A stretch of 13,374 bases of DNA from a bacterium (GTDB taxonomy: Bacteria; SAR324; NAC60-12), in NCBI GenBank assembly GCA_965233585.1, contig CBDDTI010000107.1, positions 1 to 13,374 on the forward strand, written 5' to 3'. Position numbers and translations under genes: made by a program. The notes beneath the pieces are model-generated. The model had not been told where the DNA came from and ran no database searches. It worked only from the letters and a program-made list of their open reading frames with translations. Each line of letters begins with the position of its first letter. Position 1 is the first letter of the stretch. Positions 1 to 11,545 of the stretch are shown piece after piece.

Positions 1-790
<790 letters not shown>

Positions 791-863
791 ATAGATCTAT
801 CCTAGCTCTACTAAATGCATAATCAGAATATCTGCTGACATTACCCTGCATGGCTGTTTATAT

Positions 864-1065
864 TAGGGAGCTTGAGAAAACCACGACGGCAACGGCAACG
901 TCCCTGAAGAAAAGATTGAAGAGGAGAAGAAAGACTTGGTGGAGAGGGGCTTTATAATTCTTGGTACATTTCTTTGCCGTCCACTGCAAAACAACAACAT
1001 GGAAATATGTGCAACGTGCAAATTATGCGCTGTCAGGAGAACGTGAACTTCTACGGCTAATTTGA
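864..1065 (+). mobile_element. Degenerate, truncated MITE-like interspersed repeat fragment
   Basis: Starts TAGGGAGCTTGAG..ACGACGGCAACGGCAACG and contains TTGGTACATTTCTTTGCCGTC..GCAAAACAACAAC. It resembles an abundant coral repeat as I recall it. No matching right TIR was found. Confidence 0.4.
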
Positions 1066-1299
1066 TAAATTTGGGAGCAATTATAGAATGCAGGACCACT
1101 TTGGATAATCTATTATAGATGTGTCAAAATCTTTTGAAGAACGAAGTAAAACACAATTGGCAGTTTCAGTGTGATTCAATGACATGTAAATAAGTGGACC
1201 TGCGTTCTTTAGTTTAGCCACATAAACACCAATAAAAAACCAAGTAAGCTTTTGAACGAAAACATGTTATCTTCCGAATTAAAAATAACATGTTTATTT

Positions 1300-1507
1300 T
1301 TTTCTCATCTCGTGAGCGGGCGGGATTCAACATTAAAAATTCTGCAATCCGATTGGTCCCTGGAGCGGGTGGAATTTTCTCATTCGGACCGCCACAGCGG
1401 GCGCAATCCGTCGAGTTAATCTAGTTCGTGAACGAATTGGCGGTCCATGGGCGATTTATCAACGCAAGTTAATCTCTAATCACCTTTAAATGGCAAGGAA
1501 AGTCACT
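1300..1507 (+). repeat. Degenerate interspersed repeat fragment (GAGCGGG / GATTGG motif-rich)
   Basis: GC-richer patch with repeated (G)AGCGGG motifs and a GATTGG box. Termini are not defined and it is cut off at the TTAA at 1508-1511. Confidence 0.3.
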
Positions 1508-1511
1508 TTAA

Positions 1512-2181
1512 GGACGTTCGCGCGAAATTTTTCTAACTTGATTTTTTTCTGAAAATTTTACCATTGAAAGATGATGAGTTAGCAATGTCAGAAATGTAAA
1601 AAAAAATGGGGGGTCACCGACTTCGTTTTGGAGAGAACATGCCCGGAAGAACACCTAATCTGAGAAAATCGGGCTTCGTTGGCGAAGAAGACCACAGTGG
1701 CAGCAAGTCCCAAAATATTGCAATTAGAGCTTTGAAGGGAAATGTTCTCAGCTAAATATGGTTCAAATGGACCTATTAAGCGAATTTAGTCAACTGGTGA
1801 GGTTCCTCAAAGAAAAAGTTCGCATTTAGTGACCATAGTTTCACGCGCCTTGCAGCCGCAAGATGGCAGGATTCCATGTCCCGTGGACAGAAATCTTCAA
1901 TTTTTTTAAACTTCCCACATTGATTTTTTGTTCATTTTTGAAGAATGTGGAGATAATTGTAAATGAAATCTGTTTCTGAAAAGAAAAGTAGGGGTCACCG
2001 AAAGTCCAAGATCGTTAAATCCAATCAAAGCTACAGCCGGCAAAGGCCATCTGCCCTATCATTGTTCCTTTTAGCACTTAGCGCGCGCGCTCGATGCATG
2101 ACGTGGCATGACGTGGCATGTCGTGGCATGTGGATTTGCGTGCGCAGTAAGGATGCGCAGAAACAATTAGCGCGAACGTCC
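1512..2181. mobile_element. Kolobok-like non-autonomous DNA transposon A
   Basis: Perfect 12-bp TIR GGACGTTCGCGC 1512-1523 / GCGCGAACGTCC 2170-2181, flanked by TTAA 1508-1511 and TTGA 2182-2185. GG...CC termini with a TTAA-type target fit Kolobok rather than piggyBac. Internal GGGGTCACCGA occurs twice (~1610 and ~1991). Confidence 0.75.
2096..2130. repeat. Short 10-bp tandem repeat (ACGTGGCATG, about 3.5 copies) inside element A
   Basis: GCATG ACGTGGCATG ACGTGGCATG TCGTGGCATG. Confidence 0.85.
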
Positions 2182-2185
2182 TTGA

Positions 2186-2871
2186 GGTGATTCCTCAGTA
2201 TTGCATTGCGCATCCCTACTGCGCACGATTTTCGCGTCATTAGCGCGTGCAAAATTAGCACGTGCACGTGCACAACGAAAGAAATTTGCCTCAAGCTAAG
2301 CACGATAGCGAAATAAATGTTCGTTTTCTTTTAAACGAGCGTGGTGACCTATATTTTTTATTCCATAATCATAGTGTACATATTATCCTCCTTAATTTTA
2401 AAGAAAACTAAAAAACTTTTTCGGAAGGAAAAAAAGATGTAGGTGAAAGAGTGCACGAAACCGTTACTCTGTGATGCAAATTATGACCCGTGGAAATAAC
2501 CACTCCACGAACACTTTACGTCCATGTCGTTTTAAATAGTGCGATGTTTCTAAAAACTTTATATCATAATGTTCTATATGCTCGACACTTTTTACCTGTC
2601 AAGTTTATTTCCGAGTAAAAAAAAAAAAAAAAATTACGACTTTTATGGACTTTGTTTCGAGCTACCGCAAAATGTAACGTTGACCGATGAATGACGCGCG
2701 TGATTAGCACGAGTACCGGCATAAAAGGAGTAAGATTGGGCCATCATATCTCTTAAACGAGAATGGTGACCTATCATTTTTATTGTATTTTTCGAAATAG
2801 TCCTTGATAGAGAACATTCAGGGAAAGTTTCAAAAAAATTCATCGGTAACTTTTATTTCTGAGGAATTACC
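2186..2871. mobile_element. Kolobok-like non-autonomous DNA transposon B
   Basis: TIR GGTGATTCCTCAG 2186-2198 / CTGAGGAATTACC 2859-2871 (12/13), flanked on both sides by TTGA (2182-2185 and 2872-2875). Internal direct repeat TTAAACGAG..TGGTGACCTAT at ~2331 and ~2753. Confidence 0.75.
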
Positions 2872-3072
2872 TTGACACAATTTAATCGGGGTTATATGAA
2901 GTTGTAAGAGCTCAAGTTTGGTATGTTGTTTGTAGCTCGGCGCTGTAATGGCACGTGATCCTGTGTGCCTTTCTCTGTAAAATTTTAAAAATATTCGGAT
3001 CTCAGAAATCAGAAATCTTCGGAAAGTGGCCGGTAATCTTCCGAGATACGTCATTATCAGCATGTTTATATA

Positions 3073-3184
3073 ATAAACAAAATAATACACGATTGCTTGT
3101 AGATACGGAATATCTCTTCTCGTGTTGAACACTCGAAGAGATATTCTGTATCTACACACGCCCGAGTGTTATCCTCTATTTATT
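3073..3184 (+). mobile_element. Terminal hairpin of a third, 5'-truncated hairpin-ended element
   Basis: Arms TGTAGATACGGAATATCTCTTC 3098-3119 / GAAGAGATATTCTGTATCTACA 3135-3156 (21/22), then a TC/TC loop and an inner GTGTT-G-AACAC stem. Weaker pairing extends outward to 3073/3184. Confidence 0.65.
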
Positions 3185-3443
3185 TCTGGGTATTTAAAAA
3201 CCACATTTTCGAGAATCCAGTTTTGATTCCCGCCAGAGTGCGAGATGTTTAGTTTGGGCATTGGGCATTGGACAATGCGGATTAAGTAGACGTGTTGAGT
3301 TTTTAAACAACCTGCTTTATTGACTGTGATATGTCGTTGGTAAGAAAAAAGTCGGACCTCACAAATTCTCCGAAGAAGTACACGAAACTTTTGAATGACA
3401 AGAGAGAAGTAATACGAAAGAGGCATCCGCACAATAAAGGGAC

Positions 3444-3665
3444 TTTCGTTTGAGAGTGTCCAAAGTTATTATGTTACATTACAACGCTACGCGATTGGCT
3501 AAAAAAACTGGCGCTGCTTTCTCATCCATTCAAAAGGAAACTAAGGCAGACCGTGACTCCCTTGCACTAGTTTTCCCGCTTTTCGCATCAGCTTTAAGTA
3601 TTTACTTTGAATTTTCCGTTGACTTATTCATCAGATTGTCTTCTTCATTTGTGATTGGCCAGAGT
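3444..3665 (+). repeat. Degenerate interspersed repeat (GATTGG-box MITE-like fragment)
   Basis: GCGATTGGCTAAAAAAACTGGCGC...TTTTCCCGC...GTGATTGGCCAGAGT resembles a common coral repeat as I recall it. Termini are decayed. Confidence 0.35.
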
Positions 3666-3668
3666 TGG

Positions 3669-3907
3669 AGGGGGCGGTCTATACAGTACTTTAGAGAAGC
3701 GGGCTCGAGGTACGGTCTGCTGCGATCCCTTTTTAGGGGTTCAGAACAACCTTTCCCGGAAAATGTTCAAAATTGAAGTGCTTGGAAATGGGATTTCCGG
3801 CATCCCGAGTCCAAGTCAGCGAGTTGTGATGTTTCAATTGTTTTTTTTTTATCTAGAAGGTTCGATCGAACATCCCAAACCCCCCTCCTCCACTAGATTC
3901 GCCCCAG
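3669..3907. mobile_element. Possible degenerate MITE
   Basis: Imperfect terminal inverted repeat AGGGGGCGGTCTA 3669-3681 / TAGATTCGCCCCAG 3894-3907. No clear TSD. Confidence 0.35.
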
Positions 3908-4025
3908 TAGGATGACTCGTCATTTAGTTGCATATTATTGCACCTCTCTCATAATAAATATTAAATATTACTTTTCACTTTTTTTTAGACGGGCGAAAAC
4001 ATGAATAGGGGTGACATTTGAAGTA

Positions 4026-4114
<89 letters not shown>

Positions 4115-4561
4115 AGGGAATTGTTAGGATTAAAATGGGTTGGAACAGTTGACCCCACCCCTTTCCCCCCCACCCCCCAAAAAGAGAGCTCCAGGTTGGT
4201 AGGGGACTGTTTGGTGTCCATCTACTAATTCTTCATTTCAATTTTCAATTTTCCAAATCCATCGAATCTTCAACATTTAATTGATTTTCCTCAATTTAAC
4301 CTATCCTTTCAGAAAAAAATATCTCTTTCCCAAAACACCCAAAAATCAACTCAATATTTAAACAAAACTGCGAAACAGTGGTTAATAAGAGCAGAGGGAT
4401 TTTGCGTTGCTTTAAACGTGACCTGGTGACCGAGATACTTGCAGAAAGGCCGTGTTAAGTGACGTCAGAACAACCTTCACGTTTACCCCACGGCTTCACA
4501 AAAAATGTCAGACTAAATCAAAACCGAAAACTGTCCAAATATACTCATTGTACACTTTTAT

Positions 4562-5536
<975 letters not shown>

Positions 5537-6448
5537 AGCAATCTCTGTAAAGCCATTTTCGAGTTCTTAATAAAGTATTATTGAAAGAAGTCAACATTTA
5601 AGTTTTCGTTTGCTAAAAAAGATTTTATTACAATAATAATAAAGCCAATCACAGAGAAACTGGTTTTTCAAAAATTACTAGCGGTATTGATCTGACGATA
5701 CAGTATACCAAAACCCATTCTATCTTAAGTATCTATTCCGATTTAAAACGATTGGACAAAAAATTAATATGCTCACAATAAACTGATCGTCATTAGCAAG
5801 GCAATATTATTGTCAACAAATGAAGTCACTGTCAACTGTTCTCACTGCGCCATGGGAGGCATAAAACGATGTCTATAATAATATGATAGTTACAAACTCC
5901 TTAGTATCAGGACAACACCGTACATGTCCACAGGCAACGTTTAAAAGATACATATACACACTTACAGACATACTTTATTACCACTTCCCCAAAGAAGATT
6001 TTCAGAGGCAATACAGTTAAGGTAAAAATAATAATACAATTAAAAAAATGTGCACACATGCGTCATGCCTTTGACGAGCAAACTAATGAACTCTGCTGAT
6101 AAACTAAGACACGCTGCGATCCTGCATGCCCAGCAGTTCTTTGAGATTACTATTATATTAAAAGACAATGTCTTTTCCTTAATCTTATCTGACTTAATTT
6201 TGAACTCCAAACAACGCTTTCTTGGTAAGAGATCATGTTTTGGAAGCCACCCAAGAAGAAAGTAACTGGATATAGACATTTAACTACAGGAACAACAGAA
6301 GCAAGGTAAACTTCATGTCAAGGTTACATGTCATGTAATCATGTCGGTGTTACAAGGCCTTGTAGTTAGAGTTAAGGGTCTCCTACATTTGGTTTGTGGG
6401 TGCTCTAGAACAAGGGTTCACAATTTAAGTCATCATAGCTGTCTAGCA

Positions 6449-8542
6449 TTACGTGATTATTAGCTGGAAGTTCTCTTCATTCACGTTTTGTGGTAACGTT
6501 TCATTGACATCTGCGCCATAGTCAGTATCACGCCGTTGACAAGACCTCGATGCTTTCTTTAAGTATCCTCTCAAAATCTTAGGAATCCTCTGGTCATAAA
6601 TCATATCTTCAATTTTTCTCTGCCTGCCTCCATCAATGTAAATGGCGACGATCTTAGGGACGATTCCAGTGAGAAAAGTGAACAAAGCTTTCATGATAGG
6701 AGTTGCTCCAACATTGATCAGCATTGCGGTTAAAAATACAAGAAAAACAAACGACACAATTGTAGTGACTTTCAAAAACAGTACGCAGACATTCTCTCTG
6801 ATAGGCATAAATTCTTCACATGCCATACGAAAAAGCTGCTTGGGAATTTTCATTGAATTGTCTTCGTACTCAGCACCAATGTTTTCTAGTACTTGATCTG
6901 TGCTGTTTAATGCCCTGGCGTCGAATCTCTGGTCTTGGGACTTCTTGTAATGCTTAAAGAGGGCAAAAGCGAGATCCTGGTATTTGTTGGTAAAAGAGCT
7001 GTAGCTGCTCCAAGCATAATACAAGACAAGAACAAAACATACCACAAACGGAAGGCTTTCCTCTGAGAACAAAAGTTCGAAGCCTACGAGTAAGGCGACC
7101 ATAGTGCCAATGCCTGCAAATGTTAACACATATAGTGCTCCGAGAGTCGCTGGTAAAGTACAGCAGAAGTTTACGACCTTACGAGATGGCTCATTGATCG
7201 CGGTATTTCGAATCGTGCATAGGATTACTATGGGCGAGGAAAGTATAATGCCAACGAAAGCTAATAGTGGTATCACCAGAAGCAAAACCATAGTTACAGC
7301 AGGGATGGTCGACACAAAAATCAGATAAATAGGAACACGGATCAAGTTCATAAAAGAAACTTTGCGTGTGGGCAACACAGTTAGAGACATCTTACAATAA
7401 CGTAAGATATATTGAATAAAAAGCCTGCAAGACTGGACTAGAATAAACGGTTGGACGCGTAGATGACCTACAATTAGTTCGGGAAGTTCATCTTGGCAGC
7501 TAAAGGTCTTAGGCTTAACTAAACTGCAAACTATGCAGGGTTTTGCTTGGCACGATCTTGCCGTGAAAAAAGATATGTAAAAAGCCTGAATAAAATAACA
7601 CCCGAAACATATTATTATAAAATACTGGAACGAATGCAATTTAAAAAATCCGAAATGTGTGATATCAACAAAAATGAGAGGACCTAGGAAAGGAAAAGGG
7701 ATAATCACAACTCGTACACATAATCTTCTCACTTTGTGCCAAATTGTTCCATCATCTTCGGTGAAGAAACAGTTCCCAATCAGGCTTCGAACACTTACTG
7801 GGCTGGCTCCTTCTAAAATAATCTGACGAACTCCATGCTCTGTGACCTCCGTCGGCGAGAAAAGACAAAGAAAGGCTGGGGAATAATGTATGAAAACTGC
7901 CAAAAATACAGAACAGAAGCAAATCAAAACAACTGATCGCCATCCACCGCGTTCCAGTATGCTTTCATTCCCAGTTAATATGGTGATGTCGATACAAGGT
8001 TTTAAATTATCCTTCGTCTCTGTATTGCAGTCGATGCTATCAAATTTGACTCCAAGATCGGCAAGATTACTTCGAGAGAATATGGAAAACGAACCCCTGT
8101 AATAAGTCGGCTCTGTTGTTGTCACGTTCACAGGTCGCAAAGTACATATGGCTCGGATTTCTCCCCGTTCTGCATTTGAATCCGTAGAAAACATCAAATT
8201 TGCGACGCTTTCCAATGCCTTCGTGAAAACTGAAAGTTGTTTACTTGGCAACCATATTTGCCAATGTTCAGTGATGTTTTCACTCGAGTTGCGAACTGTT
8301 TGGTTTGAGCATTTTTCGGTCACTCTTTTCTCGTACTTGACAACAAGGCGAATCATTTTTTTCTTGGCAATGGCGGTCTTAATTTCCTTCGAAGAATCCA
8401 GAATTGTACATTTCCAACCACATCTACTTTCATGGTTGAGTCCATCGACAGGACTGTTATTAAGCGATGGCTCTAGAGCCGGTGCGTGACAAAGCGCTGC
8501 TAGGAACACAGCTGATGAGAGCCAGGAATTTGCCGACAGCAT
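6449..8542 (-). CDS. Uncharacterised multipass membrane protein with signal peptide (~697 aa, single coding exon)
   Basis: Uninterrupted 2.1-kb ORF. The first ATG at 8542 gives a signal-peptide-like N-terminus (MLSANSWLSSAVFLAALCHAPA). A ~170-aa Cys-containing ectodomain has several N-x-S/T sequons (NNS, NQT, NSS, NIT, NVT, NES). About 8-10 hydrophobic segments and a polar C-terminal tail follow. The track start at 8572 is a TTG. Confidence 0.85.
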   Translation of the reverse strand: MLSANSWLSSAVFLAALCHAPALEPSLNNSPVDGLNHESRCGWKCTILDSSKEIKTAIAKKKMIRLVVKYEKRVTEKCSNQTVRNSSENITEHWQIWLPSKQLSVFTKALESVANLMFSTDSNAERGEIRAICTLRPVNVTTTEPTYYRGSFSIFSRSNLADLGVKFDSIDCNTETKDNLKPCIDITILTGNESILERGGWRSVVLICFCSVFLAVFIHYSPAFLCLFSPTEVTEHGVRQIILEGASPVSVRSLIGNCFFTEDDGTIWHKVRRLCVRVVIIPFPFLGPLIFVDITHFGFFKLHSFQYFIIICFGCYFIQAFYISFFTARSCQAKPCIVCSLVKPKTFSCQDELPELIVGHLRVQPFILVQSCRLFIQYILRYCKMSLTVLPTRKVSFMNLIRVPIYLIFVSTIPAVTMVLLLVIPLLAFVGIILSSPIVILCTIRNTAINEPSRKVVNFCCTLPATLGALYVLTFAGIGTMVALLVGFELLFSEESLPFVVCFVLVLYYAWSSYSSFTNKYQDLAFALFKHYKKSQDQRFDARALNSTDQVLENIGAEYEDNSMKIPKQLFRMACEEFMPIRENVCVLFLKVTTIVSFVFLVFLTAMLINVGATPIMKALFTFLTGIVPKIVAIYIDGGRQRKIEDMIYDQRIPKILRGYLKKASRSCQRRDTDYGADVNETLPQNVNEENFQLIIT

Positions 8543-8695
8543 TCTCACAGATTGCAATGAAACACAAAGCAAGATGATCTTCGGCTTGTTCGAAGTAAAC
8601 TTGAGACTTACATCTTCACTTCCAGCTAGGAAACGTATTATGCTTAGTAAGCAACTGTCGGACTAAATATCATTATGGAAATGTTCTCAGCAATA

Positions 8696-8734
8696 GGTGA
8701 CGTCACCGGTATGTTTGGTGTATACCCGGAAGTG
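8696..8734. promoter_or_regulatory. Putative proximal promoter motifs: CRE and ETS sites
   Basis: Perfect 12-bp palindrome GGTGACGTCACC 8696-8707 (CRE core TGACGTCA) and ETS consensus CCGGAAGTG 8726-8734, about 155-190 bp upstream of the ATG at 8542. Confidence 0.5.
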
Positions 8735-9712
8735 ATGGGAGTGGGGGGTGGGGGAACTAGAGTTAAAGATTTAGGGGTAGGCTACCCCGACATTGTTGTT
8801 AATGTCTTTGTTTAATTATCTGAAAGATTTAAGCGACTTTCTCTGTCTAAAGTGAAACTCTGTGTTCAACTCTATCTACTTTGCCTTCAGGAAGTTATAG
8901 CTGATTTATGCTTGAAATTTCGCAGGAGAAAACTTGTTCCGCTTAATCTCATTTGCCTGGCTTATTAACCTTTAAAATGAATTGATACTGATAATGAGCA
9001 ACCATGGCTATACTGCAAACCGGAAAAAGAACTCCCTAGAAGCTTTGGACCGACGTACACTTTGATTCTGCCCTAGGGACAGGCCGGGTGTTTTTAAAGA
9101 ACTGTGTATACTTTGTCAGTAACAATGAATTAATGACATGGCGTACAATTTCTTACAGTCAGCGGCTCAATTTGAGGGTTCACGTAATTTTTCTTTTCCC
9201 CCGCTAAATGTGCTGAAAAACTGTAGAATTTACTTTTAAGCGGTAAAATTGTCTTATCTAGGACATAATTAACCAAAAACCAGGCTTTAAAGAAGAATAG
9301 CCCAAGTTGTTATGTTATTTTCTGATTGCGCAATGAATAGTCTTAATGTCACACTACTTTTGTCACGCAAAGTCACAGCGTTGAGAAAAGCAAACTTTGA
9401 ACCCTTCTCAGACAAGGACTGCGGTATTCTCTGTGAAAGGTAATCTTTTTATGTAAGCTCATCACAAAACCGAAGGCTTTCGAAATGTCAGCCGATGTTT
9501 ACAACCGTGCCGAAAGCATTTTAAACCCTTCAGTTCGTCGTTATTTCAATGTGTCCCGGGTTCTGGCACATTTTAACATATGTTTAACCGTGTTGGGAAC
9601 CTCGAAAACAACGTACAAGGCATTATATTTTCTTTAATATTACGTATTGAAGTTTAAACTTTCGAAAGCTTTTGGACCCCGATCAGCCCGTCTGAGAGGA
9701 AGGCAATTTTGA

Positions 9713-9951
9713 AGAGGGTCTGGAAGGGGGGGTTCTGATCCCGCGTTCCCGCTCCTTTTTCACAAAAATCCCGCATCCCGCACTTATTTTTGTTACAATC
9801 CCGAGTTCCGTTTTTTTTGGAGAAAAACACATTAAAAAGCCTAATTTCTACAAAAGCTTATAAATTTAAGATGTAGATTGGCCCTTTCCACTGATCTGTT
9901 GGATTCACTCGCGCTTTTAAGGCTTCTGCGCAAAAAATAGCTTTTCGTACC
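9713..9951 (+). repeat. Truncated interspersed repeat with multiple TCCCG motifs
   Basis: AGAGGGTCTGGAAGGGGGGG followed by at least five (A/T)TCCCG units within ~65 bp, typical of DNA-transposon subterminal arrays. Only one end is visible. Confidence 0.4.
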
Positions 9952-10857
9952 TCAATACGATGAAAGAGCACGATGTGACAGCGTGATCTGTCGTCCTGTA
10001 CGCGTGCGCACTGTCCTTGATAGGAAGTTTACTGGAACAGCCTCGAGCGCGTCTTCTTCGTGGGTAGCACGGTCTTCATCGTCGCTGGAGTCAGAGTCAT
10101 ACTCTGACAGCTGGTCACCAGTATCATCAGCTGGACTGGGCTCTACAGTGACTCGGTCGCCAACGGGTAGCTCTTTCCTATACATGTTTAGAGGAAGAGT
10201 TCCTGCTGCATACTTGGTGTTGTTCTGACGAACCGAGAGCTGTCTGAGGGCTTTGCCATGCTCACTTGCCCACTGGCGCATGTAATCTTGGTCCTCCTTT
10301 GACATGGCACGTACAGGAAGACACTTTATCTTTGGGATATCCCTTGGGGGTACCTTTGTCTGGGGAACCGGATAGTACGAGTTAGCATGAGTGAAGTAGT
10401 AGGCCGACCACTTTGTTGCTCGTTTTAGAGACTCTTTCATGTTGTTGCCAAAGTCCCTGGTATATTCCAGCAGGGTACAAGTCGGGTGCTTGAAGTGGCT
10501 GACGGCGTGTACATTTTCAACCTGAATTGTCAGGCAAACTTCTGGCTTAATGGAGAATCTTGGACTCAATATGTCAATGTTTTTATCTAGCCTCTCGAGA
10601 CCATTCTCCAATAGACTGAGGGATGCAACTGTTTTCGCAGCAATGGTTCCCTGTGGACCATTGGTTGTGCCTGTAATACCGTTGCCCGATTTCACGTTTT
10701 CAACGGTTGCATTACAGTAAGAAGAAACTGTCTTGACCATCTGGTGTGCTTCCTTAAGTGTGCAATTCTTGTGTTGTTGGTGCTTATGATGCACTGAGAA
10801 TGCACGGTACAGTGTTCCGAGGTTCTCCAAGAACCCAATAGTTCCTTCGAGGTTTGT

Positions 10858-11070
10858 TACTAGCTTTATCGTACCGATTTGGCCATCAGTTACAAATATG
10901 CTAACGCCTTCGGTGCATACACCCATTGGTTGGCCAAACGCAGAATGACTTCCAGAGCCATTTTTGTTGCTCTCCTCTCCGGTCCCAGCGATTACTTTCA
11001 CTGCACCCCCACTTTGTAGTACTTTAAGCTGCCTGCTGTCTTGGTCTGTAAAGGCTACGCTTCCGCCTTG
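10858..11070 (-). other. NHL-type beta-propeller repeats within the transposase-like frame
   Basis: VAFTDQDSRQLKVL..VKVIAGTGEESNKNGSGSHSAFGQPMGVCTEGVSIFVTDGQIGTIKLV fits the NHL pattern AGtG..g..dG....A.F..P.Gi....lyVaD....I. Weaker blade-like segments (e.g. YPHPVATTFGKQGKLLFID) extend up to ~11800. Confidence 0.75.
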
Positions 11071-11439
11071 GAGTGCAGAGATGGAGTGTATTCGCACGAT
11101 GGGAGGGGGATCACTCTCAAGAATAACAACTCTCTCCAAGGTTTTCTGTGCCATGCTGAACTGCCAAAACCCCTTGGTGTCTGCAAGGAAGAGATAATTT
11201 TGACTTCCGAGGTACATACTTTGAACCCGTTTGCATCTTTCTGGATACGAAAGCAATGGTGTTACTAATCCGCACAAGACATGACCATTCGAAGAAACTG
11301 TGATAGTGTACACCTCACTCGTCATATCGGAAGCACAGGCTATCATACCATCAGTAAGCTTGCAGATGCTGGATGGCTTAATATCTCTTTGCAATTGTAG
11401 TAGTTGATCTTCCGATTGCAGAGCCTGGCGTTCAATTTG

Positions 11440-11545
11440 TAGGTGTTGTGTTAGTCTCTCCTTAAGCACTTTCAACGTCCCTTGACAGGAGAGATTTCGC
11501 TTTGTTAGCTCATTAACTAAGGATGCACGATCCCGCAGTCGAGCA
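11440..11545 (-). other. SAP-like DNA-binding motif within the transposase-like frame
   Basis: RLRDRASLVNELTKRNLSCQGTLKVLKERL fits the SAP pattern L..eL..rgL...G.k..L..RL. Confidence 0.7.

Noticed and set aside
4460..4467. Isolated TGACGTCA (CRE) motif
   Set aside because: A single 8-mer with no adjacent gene start; expected by chance or from repeat sequence.
6642..8489. Plus-strand and alternative-frame ORFs overlapping the membrane-protein gene
   Set aside because: Antisense or off-frame shadows of a long real CDS.
8512..8530. Second CTGATGA hammerhead-like core
   Set aside because: No stem II followed by GAAA; it lies antisense within the CDS.
8544..8611. Possible 68-nt 5' UTR intron on the minus strand (GTAAGT donor at 8611-8606)
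   Set aside because: The donor is good, but the candidate acceptor ends in GAG rather than YAG; it cannot be supported without transcripts.
9402..9699. Possible decayed MITE (CCTTCTCAGAC / GTCTGAGAGG ends; AAGGCTTTCGAAA / TTTCGAAAGCTTT inside)
   Set aside because: The matches are short and gapped, one is itself palindromic, and there is no TSD.
10858..11070. Bacterial contamination or horizontal transfer suggested by the AGTG-type NHL repeat
   Set aside because: This repeat type also occurs in eukaryotes, it is in frame with eukaryotic transposase and SAP motifs, and the surroundings are eukaryotic repeats. Its origin cannot be judged without a phylogeny.
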